Made by a program: the position numbers and the translations under genes. This document shows positions 12,274-25,490 of a stretch of DNA of 64,000 nt, in pieces. The notes below the pieces were generated by a model. The model was not told the origin of the DNA and ran no database searches. It was given only the letters and a program-made list of their open reading frames with translations. Every line of letters begins with the position of its first letter. Positions within the stretch are counted from its first letter, which is position 1. The DNA comes from Lingula anatina (Eukaryota > Animalia > Brachiopoda): contig CM120640.1 in assembly GCA_051362555.1 (NCBI GenBank), forward strand, positions 11,842,001 through 11,906,000, read 5' to 3'.

Positions 12274-14049
12274 TATACAGATAATAAAGCGATTTCTTGG
12301 TTACAAAATGTTAAACATACATCTGGCAGGACTAACAGATGGTCATTGAAATTACAAGGCCTAGATTTTGAAATAATTCACAGACCTTGAAAAACAAATC
12401 CAGCTGACGCATTATCTAGACGTGAATATGATTCAGCGAATAACATTGAGACAATTAACAACAATAGTCAGTTAAGAAAAGGTCATATTGCTATGTGTCA
12501 AGATAAACATCGGACCCAAGCTAAACTTTTCTTACCAAAACAAACAGATAAAAGAATTGAACATAGCTTAAGTGAATATGATAACATGAACAGTGTTGAT
12601 GTTACAAATGTAAACGATAAAGAGAAATTAAAACAAGATCAACGCGAATGCCCTGAGTTTCAAGATATAATACGTTACCTAGAACAAAATGATTTACCTA
12701 GTGACTTAAAACAAGCGCGTAAAATCTTTGCAGAATCAGAGCAATATGTAATGATAGATGATGTTTTGTATCATCTGTACCAACCTCGTACACGGGAAAT
12801 GCCAGAAAAGATGAGAATAATAAGACAATTAGCAATTCCAGTAACACTAAGAAGTGATGTTTTACATGCATATCACGACACATTAACAGCCGGTGGTCAT
12901 CAAGGTTGTGATAGAACATTTGCCTCCATTAGGAATAAGTATTTTGGAAAGTCACTTTATAAAGACGTCATGGAGTATGTAAAATCATGTGAAGTGTGTC
13001 AAAAGGTTAAACAATTGCGCAGAGATGCTCCAGCACCTTTGAACCCTTTACCAATTGCAGGTGTGTTTGAAAGAATGCACATGGACATTTTAGGTCCTTT
13101 GATAAAATCAAAAGAAGGATATAAGTATATTTTGTTAGTAACATGCTCTTTTTCCAATTTTGTTGAAGCAATACCTTTGAAAACTCAAAAAGCTGAAGAA
13201 ATAGCTAAGGCTTTTTATAGAGAAGTGTTTACAAGATATGGTTGTCCGTCATATATCGTTTCTGATCGTGGAAATAATTTTTTTATCTCAAATTATTCAA
13301 TCGTTATGTAAATTACTCCACATAAAACGCCATCCCCAGAAATGCACTGCATGACGTCACGCTTAGCCCACTGCACATGCGTGCACTTTTAATGAGTTGC
13401 TAGATTGCCAGAGGAAAATGAATGGGTTCGCGATTCGTGGGTAATTCGTGATAATTGACAAACTAACGGCCTGATGCCGATAGACAGCAACGCTGTACTA
13501 TGTTTCAAGCAACTCCTGACCAAATATCGCTAGGGTTTTTAAAAAAATTCTGTTGTACACACGTACTAAGAAGTTTGCCGTGTATTGCCTAGCCTACCCT
13601 CAGCAAAACGCACATATTTTCAGAAATAGTGATTTTAGACGGTAGATTCACTCAGAAACAAAAGCAAACTAATTCGTTGCCGATAGCACCAGCAGATAGC
13701 AGCACCATACAGAGTCTGATTAAAAACTTTCGTGGAAGAACTTTTACCACTGTACAATGGAGTCCAAAAAAGGCACTTGGCACAAATGTGAAACTGCCCA
13801 GTGCAAAGCCAAGAATTCAATCGTATTTTCAATCATATTATCAGATTCTACATAAATTGACTGACAATATCACTACTCAGTATTTAACTAATCTCTTAAT
13901 CCAAAATTCCTATCATCATTTAATAATAATGCAAAATTCTTCTTTCAGATTGCTATTTATTTTAAATTTTAATGCTGCAACTGTTCCAAAATAATCTTGT
14001 AGTAAAGGAAAAATGCAAATAAGAAGTGGAAAACCAATTTTACCCACAT

Positions 14050-15690
14050 TATTCAATTATTTGAATATAAAAAGAATAAGATCACGATTTGACAAATTAA
14101 AATAATCTCTCATGATCTCTTTCATGAATAACATATTAAACAAAATACGTATAGAGGGCATATCAAGACAAAGTGGACCTCATCCTCAATCAAGTTCATG
14201 TTACACAATTTTCAAAGGCGGGAAGAAGTCTCTTCCCCTACATATCGACCAGTCTCAAGTCTTAGTGGTAGTATTCCGCATCTAAATTGGCACAGTACTG
14301 ATCTTAATGTCTTACTCATGGACAATCTAACATATGACTCACAGTTGAAGGTGTTTTTGAAGAGTATATATGTTCTTAGCTTTGGCTTTTTCAGGATGTC
14401 GTTTTTCCATAACACCTTGTACAATTCAATAATTTTCCCATGTGCCAGCTCTAAGTCTACCGCTGACCGCATTGTGTATATATCTTCTAACTGTAGCTTT
14501 TGCATGATTATTCTGAGATCGCTACACCAATAATTTTCACATAATATGTAGTCGTACTCAAACAGTCTCTTGGTAAGTCTATTGTCATCCATGGCTTTTA
14601 ATCTATTCCAATATCTAATTATGCACATCCACTGAGTGTAAGCTAGAGGCATCCAACCGACCTCACCATAAAGTGCTAATATTGGTGCGAATCTATGCAC
14701 TCCCATATAATACCTAATAGCTCGTAATTGTACATTCTCTATAGATGGGAATGTCCTTTACCCCCATACAGAGGCGCTGTAGTTAGTGATAGGCATGATA
14801 CATGATCTAAACAGTTGTTCAAAAGTATTAAATCCAATATCTTCCAAGCTATGTATCCTATTATAATCATACCACCTAGCCCTCTGCTGGCCCCTTTCGC
14901 TAACTCCTCAGCATTATGTAGAAATTGGCCTGAGTAATGGAATGTAACACCAAGGTATTTATATCTGTCCACTGTCTCCAAAGCGTTATTACCAATAGTG
15001 AAGGTATAATGAAAAACCTTTACATTATGGCATTTTGATTTCTTTGCATTGAGAGTTACCCTCCAGCGTTTGCACCAATCAACAAGACAATCTAGCATGA
15101 CCTGTAAATTACGTGCTGATGGTGCAATGTCGTCTGCATATAGGAGAATAGACACCTGGTTGTCTTCGTACGTTATTCCAACTCCTAGATCATTAATTTC
15201 ACTTACTATATCATTTGCAAAAATGGAGAATAAAGTTGGCGAGATGTTGTCGCCTTGCCTTACACCAGTACGACAGTTGAACCAGTCAGTATACGTGTCA
15301 TTGATTTTGACACAGGCAGTTGTTTGATAGTATATGTTTTTCAACGCTCGACAAAATTTTCAATTTACCCCATTTATCAATAACTTATACAACAATATCT
15401 CTATCGATGTAATGGAAACATTTTTTTAGATCAATAAATGCTGCGAATACCTGTGTGTTATTCTTAACAATACTATTGAGTGCAAAGGCATGATCTTCAC
15501 ATGATCTATCTTTCCTGAAACCATTTTGCTCATCTGCTAGTAAGTTGTTGTGATTCAGGTAAGCAGACAGTCGATTACACAATAACGAACTAAAAAGTTT
15601 ACTTATACATGAGAAAAGACTAACCCCTCTATAATTCATTGGTATACGCGGGTCAGATGATCTATCCTTTAAAATCGGACAACATTGTGT
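14050..15690 (-). mobile_element. 5'-truncated non-LTR retrotransposon (RT plus C-terminal CCHC; RTEX/Crack-like, clade tentative)
   Basis: NYRGVSL..C, EQNGFRKDRSC.DH, AFIDLKK, GVRQGDNISPTLF, LLYADDI, YKYLGV, FRCGILPLRLETGRY then C..C..EDEVHF; frameshifted. Confidence 0.9.
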
Positions 15691-15850
15691 AAACATTCTT
15701 TGCTCGCACCACACGCTTCCTTGCCCTTGAAATATGTATAAACCCTCCTTTTCCAGCCGCACTTTAACACTTATTCCCTGCAAGAATTTGCAGGGTAAGT
15801 GCTCGTTCGCTCAAATCTGACCAGGAAGGCAGTATATGGTTGTGCAGGTA

Positions 15851-16762
15851 GATTCTAGGACAATCCCCCCCCCCCGGACAATCCCCCCGGACTATTCCCC
15901 CCGGACAATTCCCCCCCCGGACAATTCCCCCCGGACGATCCCCCCCCCAAGAAATATATATTTATATACAAATATAAAGTAGAAAGTGTAAAGTTAAAAA
16001 CATTTCTTCCTTTTTATTGATATTTTAGTGTGAAAATACAACTTCATCATGAAACAAATTATTCTATAACAAATTCCTTTTCATTGAGTACAAGTACAGA
16101 AAGATTTATTAAATATCTAATCAAAGTATAACTACCTATCCTTCAGGAAAAGGTGGGATAAACAGATGAACAGGTAAACAGATATTTTGTGAATATTTTT
16201 AGTGTGGTGGGTGGTGGGTAGTGGTCAAGCAACTAAAAGTAACAAATAGTCAAAGGGATACCTGGATAAGCGAGAAAATCTGTTTACCCCACGTCTATCT
16301 AGAGGTGCACCTTGATTCAAGACTTACTCAATCAAGAGGGTGGTGTAATAAAGCAATTAAAAGTAAAAGTTAATTCATCAAAGGGTTACCTGGATAAATG
16401 AGAACATCTGTTTACCCTCCTTTACCTGGAGATAAACTTTGATCAGATTTTTAATAAAATGTTACGTACTTCTATCTTGAAAATTTTATGTACATTAACT
16501 CTATGAAAGTACTTTGTTTAATGAAATTAATATTATTTATCCTCCAGTTGCATCATCACACTAAGAAATATTCAGAAAATGGATCAAAAGATTTGAACTT
16601 TGTACTCTTTACTTTATATTTGTATATAAATATATATTATTCGGGGGGGGGAATCGTCCGTGGGGGAATTGTCCTGGGGGGGAGGGATTGTCCGGGGGGG
16701 GGGGAATAGTTCGGGGGGGGGGGGGGGGGGGATTGTCCGGGGGGGGGAATTGTCCTGATACC
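15851..16762. mobile_element. Foldback MITE with long TIRs built from GGACAATTC(n) repeats; 9-bp TSD suggests MULE/MuDR
   Basis: Left arm has tandem GGACAAT(T)CCCCC; right arm has the mirrored GGGGGAATTGTCC. The inner arms also match (ATATATTTATATACAAATATAAAGTA / TACTTTATATTTGTATATAAATATAT). GTGCAGGTA is duplicated at 15842-15850 and 16763-16771. Confidence 0.88.
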
Positions 16763-16954
16763 GTGCAGGTAAGCTGCCCCATTATATGGCTTGTGTGCCC
16801 GTAACATCCATGGTTAAAATGGAAGAGGCCGTTGAACGGCAGCAATTACCTGGCTCAAACACGCAAATTCGACGTTTTTGACGTGAAAATCATTTTTTGA
16901 GACGAGATAGGTGTTATAAGGGGGTAAATGTATGCATCATATGTCATCCGGTTA

Positions 16955-17188
16955 TGTCATCCGTTATATGATATGTTCTTAAACTTTTGATTATACTTAG
17001 ATACTACATTTATTTGTAATTGTAATACTAACTGTCAGTGCTATAGATGTACATGTAGTAATTATAGTAAGTGCATGTGCAGAAGGGGTCGGTCTGGCTT
17101 TTTTTTTTTTTTTTTTTTTTTTCAAATCAGAAATAAGTATTTTTTTCATAAGCTAGTGGCTTTCTTTCCGTTTCGAGCATTCTACTCA
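16955..17188. repeat. Right arm of the long inverted repeat (may extend towards ~17475)
   Basis: Reverse complement of 1-228. Confidence 0.92.
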
Positions 17189-17479
17189 TGGCAGATTTTA
17201 AACAGAAAAATGCTATGTATGATCAATTTTCATATTTTTGACAAAACAATTACATAATGTATGGTTGTATAAACTCTTGTTTTGACATACGGCAATGATT
17301 CGATCTTTTCGAGAAATTGCCAAGGTTTAAGAAACATAAACATAATTTTGAAATCATTAAAAATCATATTCTGTATAGAAGTTTGGTGCTTAAACTGTAC
17401 AAAATAAAACAAGAATTTTGTCATTATTCAACAAGAATGTTAACAGTAATTTTGAAGTTTATACTGAATTTTCCAGTAT

Positions 17480-20381
17480 ATCATGGCAGAAAGTTGTGCA
17501 TGAAATCTCTATGCACATAGAAGAAATTTAACCAAGTCAGACTTAAATGACAATTACAAGGCTCTCTGCTCAGCCAGTAACCCTGTGACTACTTTACTCT
17601 TTGGAGATGATTTGGATAATAATGTTACAGAAATTGAGGACAGCTTGAAAATAACAAAAAAGACTCAGGAAATGTACACGAGTTTTCACCAGCCTGCATC
17701 TCACCCTAAGTCCGCTTACAGTCAGAACAAGAATGGACAGTTTTTCAACAAAGGCAAAAGGCCTTTTTTAGGATGGAACAGCTACAATGCAAGACAAAAA
17801 ACCCAGAAACGGCCAGGGACCGTCTCAAATTTTCAAGAAGAGACCATACCCAAAGAAACAATACTGAATGTAAGTCGGTATTATTGTATAGCTGGAAATA
17901 TAAAGCATTTTTTGTCAATTTTTAAAAAATTAACATCTGATCCAGCCATTCTGTCCTATGTGACTGAGGCTACTTTGGAGTTAACTGAAACACCTTGTCA
18001 GTTTCAAGAGCACAGATCTGTAGTTTTTGATCAGGCAGAACGAGAGACAATTGATTCAGAAATTATCAAATTGTTACAAAAAGGTGTAATTGTACCTTGT
18101 GAAGATGAGTCAGGACAGTTTATTTCACCAACTTTTATTCGACCCAAAAAGGATGGTTCACACAGAATGATTTTAAATTTAAAAGAGCTAAACTCTTTTA
18201 TTAAATATCACCATTTTAAAATGGACAGTGTTCAAACATGTTTAAGCCTTATGACTCAGAATTGTGATATGGCATAATTAGACCTTAAAGATGCCTACTA
18301 TACACTGCCGGTCTCTAAACTACATCAGAAGTATTTGAAATTTAGATGGAAAGGAAAATTGTTCAAATATGTTTGTTTGCCTAATGGTTTGGCTTCAGCA
18401 CCCAGGATTTTTACAAAATTGTTAAAACCTGTGCTTTCACATTTGCGCTGTAAGGGACATGTATCTTGTGCATATTTAGATGACCTTTACTTACAGGCTG
18501 ATAATTACGAGAGTTGTGAGGATAATGTACAGACTACTGTTCAGTTATTGTCAGACCTTGGTTTTGTGGTTCATGAGGAAAAATCACAATTTTTTTCCTG
18601 TCCAGAAAATTAATCGCCTTGGGTTTATCCTCAATTCACAAGACCTTACAGTGAGCCTTACCCCTGATAGGCAAGGGAAATTATCTCAATTATTAGGCCA
18701 GATGATTAAAGATCCGTGCTGCACAATAAGGGAAGGGGCAAAACCTATTGGATCATTGGTGTCTGCCTTGTCAGATGTAAATTTTGGTGTTTTACACTAC
18801 AGATCATTGGAGAAGGACAAAATTATAGCTTTAAAATACAATCAGGGTAATTTTGATCAATCTGACCAATCTACAGGAGGTAGATGAACAAAAATTGAAC
18901 ACAAAGAACATATCAATCATTTAGAGCTGAAGGCAACACGGTTAGGCTTATTGTCTTTTCAACACCAGTTGAAATATAAACACGTACAAATACAAATGGA
19001 TAACAGCACAGCAGTTGCTTATATTCACAACATGGGAGGAACCCATTCAGATAAATGTAATGAAGTAACTGTGTCAATTTGGAACTGGGCAATCAATAGT
19101 AATACCTGGTTAAGTAGTACTCATATACCTGGTGTGACAAATATTTTAGCAGATAAACACAGTAGAACCTTTTATGACAGGACAGAATGGTCACTTGATT
19201 CAGATGTGTTTTGTAATTTGGCCAAGTATTTTGGTGAGCCTTTATTAGATTTGTTTGCTCCAAGGTTGAATCACAAGACTAAAAATTATTTTTCATGGAA
19301 ACCTGATCCAGGTGCTTCTGCAATTGATGTATTTCAACAGTCCTGGTCATGTGACTTACTTTATGCTTTTCCTCCTTTTAGTTTGATGCAGAAAGTGTTG
19401 CAGAAAATTCAAAAGGACCAGGCAGATGTGCTGATCATTGCACCTTTATGGCCAACACAGCACTGGTTTCCAGTTCTGCTTCATCTGTTGTGCACGGAGC
19501 CAGTGTTGTTGCCACCTACAAGGAAGATACTCAGCCTGCCACGCCAGGAAGGACGTCAACATTCACTAGCAAACAAACTAAAACTGATAGCATGCAAATT
19601 GTCAGGAAATGCATGCAGGAAGCAGGCATATCAGGAAAAGCTCAAGATATTGTAAAACAATCTAGGCCATCAAAAAATCAGCCTGTTATTCCTGTGAATT
19701 TTTTTGCAGACGATAGTCAAATTTGTGTGTTGTCTGCTTTAGCAGAATATTTAGATAGAACTAGATTGCTTAGGCATTCTGGCTGTTCACAGTTGTTTAT
19801 TAGTTACACTAGACCTTATGCACCTGTTAGTAAAGCTACAATTTCAAGGTGGATTAAGGCAGTCATGTTTAAAGCTGGAATGGATGTAAATATTTTCAAA
19901 TCACACAGCACAAGAGCTGCTTCAACGAGTAAAGCTTTTGCAGCTAAAGTACCTCTTGCAACAGTGATTAGGACAGCAGGATGGTCAAACAGTAGCACAT
20001 TTGCTAGGTTTTATAACAGAAGCACAGGGGATACTTGTGATTTTGGTTCTTCTGTTATAACAAGTTGTGTTATTGTGTTGTAGTCCTTTGTTTAGGACTA
20101 ATAAAAGTTTAGATCTATATTTGCTTATGTTCGTGTTCATGTCAGCTTCGAATGATCAGATGAGAGTTAAATTTAAAGATTAAACGAGACTTACCTGCAA
20201 GTTAAAGTTTGATTGGAATTTAACTCTCATCTGGATCATTTTAGGGATTATATGCCTACCCTTCCCACCCAGTTTATGCTGTCTGTTTTGCCATGAAAAC
20301 TCACCTTCCAAGTTTGAGCTCTACGCATGCGCATGCAATTCTCATATAATCCCTAAAATGATCCAGATGAGAGTTAAATTC
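17480..20381 (+). mobile_element. DIRS1-type tyrosine-recombinase retrotransposon, 5' part missing and internally deleted
   Basis: Gag RRNL.KSDL..YKALCS...LFGDDL; RT RMILNLKELN...HFKMD, DLKDAY, LPNGLASAPRIFTK, YLDD; RNase H HINHLEL, DNSTAVAYI..MGGT; methyltransferase-like DLFA..LN, YAFPPF; recombinase TISRWIK, HSTRAASTS, AGWS..STF.RFY. Confidence 0.95.
20151..20381. repeat. DIRS 3' terminal structure (internal complementary region plus terminal repeat)
   Basis: GAATTTAACTCTCATCTGGATCATTTTAGGGATTATATG (20216-20254) is the exact reverse complement of 20343-20381. A further partial direct copy lies at 20151-20172. Confidence 0.9.
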
Positions 20382-20454
20382 AAGATGTTTCAAGATATCG
20401 CCAACGTTTGTATTCTCAGCACAGCACGGATTTGTTGGAATTTTTCACATAATA

Positions 20455-21341
20455 ATGAAATACTTTCAAAAAAGGTTTATGGATTAATATCCAAGTCCCA
20501 ACGTACGCGTCTTCTAAAGATACGTAGCATTTAAAAACCATATTTGTTGGACTGACCAGTAGATTTTTCCAAGACGATATGTTCTTGTTCAGTTTCCCTA
20601 TGTTAATTTAAGATCATTCATAAAATGTGCTTGTCGTACCAATTTGTATCCTCCACTGGGGATACAGTATCTTGAACCATTTGATTTCTAGATACTTTAT
20701 TAATGAAATATGCTGGATTTTTTTCAGTTTCCGCAAACGAAACGTTATCTTGCTGGTCTTGCTTGTGGTGGCATTGGTGGTATTGTTGGTAGTTCTCTTT
20801 GCTACTGGTACCATACCTGTGGGTGGAAGTACTACTCCAAACGCAGCCGATGACCCTGAGGCGCCTCCCTCGGCTTCACGACTGGGAGAATACAGGTTTG
20901 CCGCCGTAGCTGCGGATGCTGGAGAATGCTCAAAAGTGGGGACGTAAGTTACAAGTACATGTAATTTCCCATGCATGCGGTGCTATGTCGCTTATGAGTT
21001 TCGCAGTAGTAAGATGTGTTCTTGTTCCCCTTCTAACAAAGATGAGATAATCTTATTAACTATAATCTGAAGGTAACTTCCAGTGATTTAGATATTCAGC
21101 CCACTATTAAGTGCACCAATTGTTGCATGTGTAAATATATTCATTTATTTATTATTCTTTACCTGTCTGCCCACTACTGCCAACCCAGTTATTATCATAT
21201 ATCCATTTCGTTCCAGAGAATTTCTTGCCCGGTGTGGCTCAGCAGTAGATGCGACCATCGCGACATTGTTATGTATAGGAGTACACAATGCGCACAGTAT
21301 GGGTGTCGGAGGAGGTTTCTTCATGACAGTTTATAACAGGT

Positions 21342-21389
<48 letters not shown>

Positions 21390-21529
21390 GCAGCAAAATT
21401 TAGATTGGCCATTGCTTTAGAATTGTTTAACAGAGAGTAAAATGAAAAGATTTTGTTAATGATACAATGCATGCATACAAGTCCCTTGTTTTAGGATATA
21501 TTTGATTTGATCTTGAGGGAAACCGTAAT

Positions 21530-21581
<52 letters not shown>

Positions 21582-24500
21582 TGTACTTTTTTGTTTGGCT
21601 GCATGAAAATATATTTTGAATGTGTACTGTTATAAGGGCAAACAAAACAGCACATACAATTGATGCAAGGGAACAAGCACCGGCTGCCGCTTATGAAACC
21701 ATGTTCACCAACAACCCTAGCAAAACCGCAACTACTATTGGTAAGGGTGTATTGTAAAACAATATGGGTATACAGGATGTGTTGCCCTGCTTGATAACTT
21801 CTGACGCGCCAGGTATGTGACAGAAATATTTTAAGATGTGCCCAAGCACCGACGTCAGGTTTGAAGCATGTTATATCAGAGGATTAGCAAAAAATTTGGA
21901 GAATGGTGCGCAGGCGCAGAATTATGCTATTTTCACTTTTTGTTAATTAAGTGACGTTTTGGAGACATCGTAGATTTTAACGGCAGGTTAAGTTGAGCTA
22001 TGGATGGGAGCGTTTTATTCGTTTCTTGATTGTGGTGTTGACGTGTTTTTAATAGGGGGACTAGCCATTGGGGTGCCAGGAGAAATAAGAGGCTACTGGT
22101 TGGCCCACCAACGTTTTGGTAAACTACCGTGGAGGGAACTGTTCGTGCCTACCATTAACATGTGTAGATCAGGGATAAAAGTCGGGAAAGCACTGGAAAA
22201 AGCCTTAATAGCACTAGAAAAGTATATCCTAAACGACGCTAGCCTCAGGTCTGTAGTGCTTATTTCGAAACTAATTATTTAGAATATGAATTTGAATACA
22301 AAGTTAGCTTGGGCCTGGGGGAGAACGAATGTATTATTTAGAAAAATGTATGGTACCTCCCTTTCCATGGGAACTTATTATTGTGTGTTCAGTATCCAAT
22401 GTCCTAAAATGCGTCGACCTGAAGTTTGTCAAACTATTGATTACAGATATTGTTTTTATGCCTTTGTCGCCTTCATATTTCTGAGGTCTGCAAATCAACA
22501 AATTGGCCAAAACCAAAGTTTATAAATGCACAAAAAGTTTGACATCTGTGTTTCTTGGTATTTTTGCAGCGAAGTGTTCGCCCCAAGAGGAAAAATATTA
22601 AAAGCAGGTGATATGATGTACAGATATAAGTTAGCGGTTACGCTAGAGAAGATTGCCAATGCTACTGATGGAGTATCGGAATTTTACGATTCTGAATTGA
22701 CTCGAGACATCGTTGATGAAATACAGGAAAAAGGTCAACTATATCTGTTTAAGAAGACTGATATACCACTTGATGCCATAAATTACTTATGAGAAGTAAA
22801 AAGAAAAATATGCAGTTGGAATAACATTCATATATTGCATTTATTAATCCATTTTGTAAATAGCAAATGGCAAATTATGATATTTTCAGTGAAATGTATT
22901 TAACTGCCGAAATTAAGAGTAATTGATTTGGGTGCATCTTGACGTTAGGTGGCATTATAACAAGACAGGACATGCGAGAATACACAGTGAAAGAAAAGGA
23001 ACCCCTGACCCTAGAAATGAACAACGGAATGAAAGTGTATACACCTCGGCCTCCATCTAGTGGGGCTGTTTATCAATTTATACTTAACATTCTCCAAGGT
23101 AGGCTCATATGGTTATGCCTTTTTGGAAATAATATTTTTGGCGTTTGATTTAAATGACCTTTATTGTTATGCTAAAGAAAATGAAAATGGGAACTTCTCT
23201 TGCTACACAGACTATTTCGTATGCAGGTTGTCTTAGTTGTAGGCCTGCCGATCAAATATAAGTGTACATGCAAGCACAGTGTTATACAACCTGAAGCTAT
23301 TATTCCAAAGCCTCGATCGTCATTCAGCCCTGGTTGTTGCCTTTCTCTCAAGCACTAAATGTGGCAGCTAATTAGTCCACTAACTGTCTAGTTTTTGAGC
23401 GTTTTATATAGTTTCTACTCAAATGTAGATAACACAGTGAATTTACTTTATTTTGCTTTCGATAACCATTTTATTTTAGTATCTGAGCTACTGTTTGGTA
23501 CCTAGGAATAATTTACAATTAAAGTAATAAGAAATAGATCATTGAAGCAAATGATCATGCCCACCCATTCTTAATGAGTAGGCCTACAACTTAAAGATTC
23601 TGAGCCCGAAACAGTTAGCGGAATAAGTTGAGCTAACAAATGTTCCAAATGCAAACAAAGAGTTAAATGTACAGCCTACAGGTAAGTATCTTATTCTAGC
23701 ACTCTTTGATGAATCTTACAGGTTATAATTTTACTACTCAAGAGCTTCACGGTTCGCATGCAGTTCGTACATATCACCGTATGGTAGAAGCGATGAAGTT
23801 CGCGTATGCAAAGAGAACCGAGTTTGGTGATGAAGATTACTTGAGAAACACCACCTTGGACCAGGTAAAGAAATCAATTTCTTTTTAATGAAAAAAACTC
23901 TTTTTATGGGCGAAAGTCACATAAGAGCGTCTTTGTTTTTCGTTTCACAAAAAGAGGTCATCATCATACTGAATTGCTTAGTTAACATCCTTCATTTAAT
24001 ATTTTAGCTGGTGAAAAACATGACCTCTCTTGAGTTCGGGGACCATATCCGCAGTCTCATCACAGACAGCACAACACATGACACGGCATATTATGGACCA
24101 ACATTTTACGACAGAATGACCGAGGGTACCTCGCATTTGTCTGTTTTGGCGGGAAATGGAGATGCTGTCGCAGTTACCAGCACCATTAATTTATAGTATG
24201 TATATAAAGTTTTGTTAAGGCACAACCCTTTTGCACTGGAAATCGGACTAAATTATATCTGAACGTATAGGCACGTGCAATTTCATGTGAAGGATAGTGT
24301 ACCTATTTGAGTGCTGAATACCAAATATCCTCATTAAACTCGCATAATGTTATATAAAACATTTCAAAAGTGTTTGAAGTTTATACCCAGCAGGATAAAT
24401 GGGTGCTAATTAAAACGCGCGTGGAACTTTTTCTCATTCATGTATTATTTATTTATTTATTGTTATATATTTTGACTAAGATAGTAGTCTTTGGCATATT

Positions 24501-25490
24501 TTAGTATTGTTAACGCCCAATTTTAGGAAGTTATCATCGAAAATTATGACATCTATATAAGTCTGTTTTCAGTTTAGGATCTCGAGTTCGAGGGAAGAAG
24601 ACAGGGATTATATACAACAATCAAATGGATGACTTTTCCTCTCCAAACATAACCAATGCATTTGGAATCGCACCGTCTCCTAACAATTTCATTCGACCCG
24701 GAAAGCGCCCTCTATCGTCCATGTGCCCAACCATTATAGTTAATAAGGACGGTGACGTAATCCTGGTTGTTGGGGCATCCGGTGGATCCAGGATCACCAC
24801 TGCCATCGCATATGTATGTTTTCTTTTTTCTTTTCTCAATATAAAACATAATCAGAAGCGGATCCATAGGGAAAGGGCACCCCTTCTATAACAAAATTTT
24901 TATTTCATGTGTTATGTACTCACTTCAAACATAGATTGGAGAAAAAACGAATGCAGTACACCCCAAGCCTTCTTGACATCCGGGATCTGCCAGTAACTTT
25001 AGTACTTAATTAAACTTTCGCTGGTATTCCCTGAGCTTCAGCATATATCTAATCCAGAAGAACAACTTTACAATGTGTTCATTATCATGGTACTTTACCA
25101 TAATCGGAATTTAGTTATCTATATTTAGGTTACGGCACGCACACTGTGGTTCGGTGAAAATATCAAGCAAGCCATCGATGCTCGTCGAATTCATCACCAA
25201 CTGTTACCGCCTGAAATAAGTTATGAGGAAGGGTTCAGAAAAGTAAGGCTTTACTGAAATTTCAGTTAAGTTTTTTCCTTGGCTTTGTAATCATCCTTTA
25301 AATCAAAATTATATATTAAACCAAACCAAATGTTTCTTTTCAGGTGTACATCTCGGGTCTGAGGGCGCTAAACCATAATTTAACAGATAAAGCTGTCATG
25401 CCCTCTGTGGTACAGGGTATTCACAGAAGCGGAAGTGCCATCTATGCAAACTCGGACTTCAGAAAAGGTGGCTATCCAGATGGTTATTAG
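20455..25490 (+). CDS. GGT1: Gamma-glutamyltranspeptidase / glutathione hydrolase 1-like, paralog A (~600 aa)
   Basis: Exons 20455-20474 (tentative ATG exon), 20728-20943, 21217-21339, 21637-21740, 22056-22248, 22570-22733, 22949-23098, 23722-23864, 24008-24195, 24573-24813, 25129-25242, 25344-25490; GT-AG and phase-consistent. N-terminal TM anchor, SMGVGGG, IDARE, GVPGE, catalytic GTSHLSV, TSTIN, NNQMDDF, RPLSSM, GASGG, DFRKGG. Confidence 0.95.
21349..21388. repeat. (TG)n microsatellite in a GGT-A intron
   Basis: Direct inspection; a (TA)n run also lies at ~21533-21579. Confidence 0.9.

Larger units (their letters stand above)
9430..13320 (+). mobile_element. Degenerate Ty3/Gypsy LTR retrotransposon (gag knuckle, protease, RT, RNase H, integrase; many frameshifts; 3' truncated)
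   Basis: CCAKIGHITEVC zinc knuckle (~9640); ALVDTGA protease; FSSLDM and IYIDDIL RT; YGGRSLNKSEKNY..ELECLA RNase H; H..GGHQG...CEVC, HMDILGP and VSDRG integrase, in Gypsy order. Confidence 0.95.

Noticed and set aside
12256-12285. CTGAAGA + GTATA/TATAC stem resembling a hammerhead core
   Set aside because: It is not followed by GAAA, and the stem spans the insertion junction.
15858-15950. Regularly spaced short repeats that could look CRISPR-like
   Set aside because: There are no unique spacers; these are mirrored MITE subterminal repeats in a eukaryotic context.
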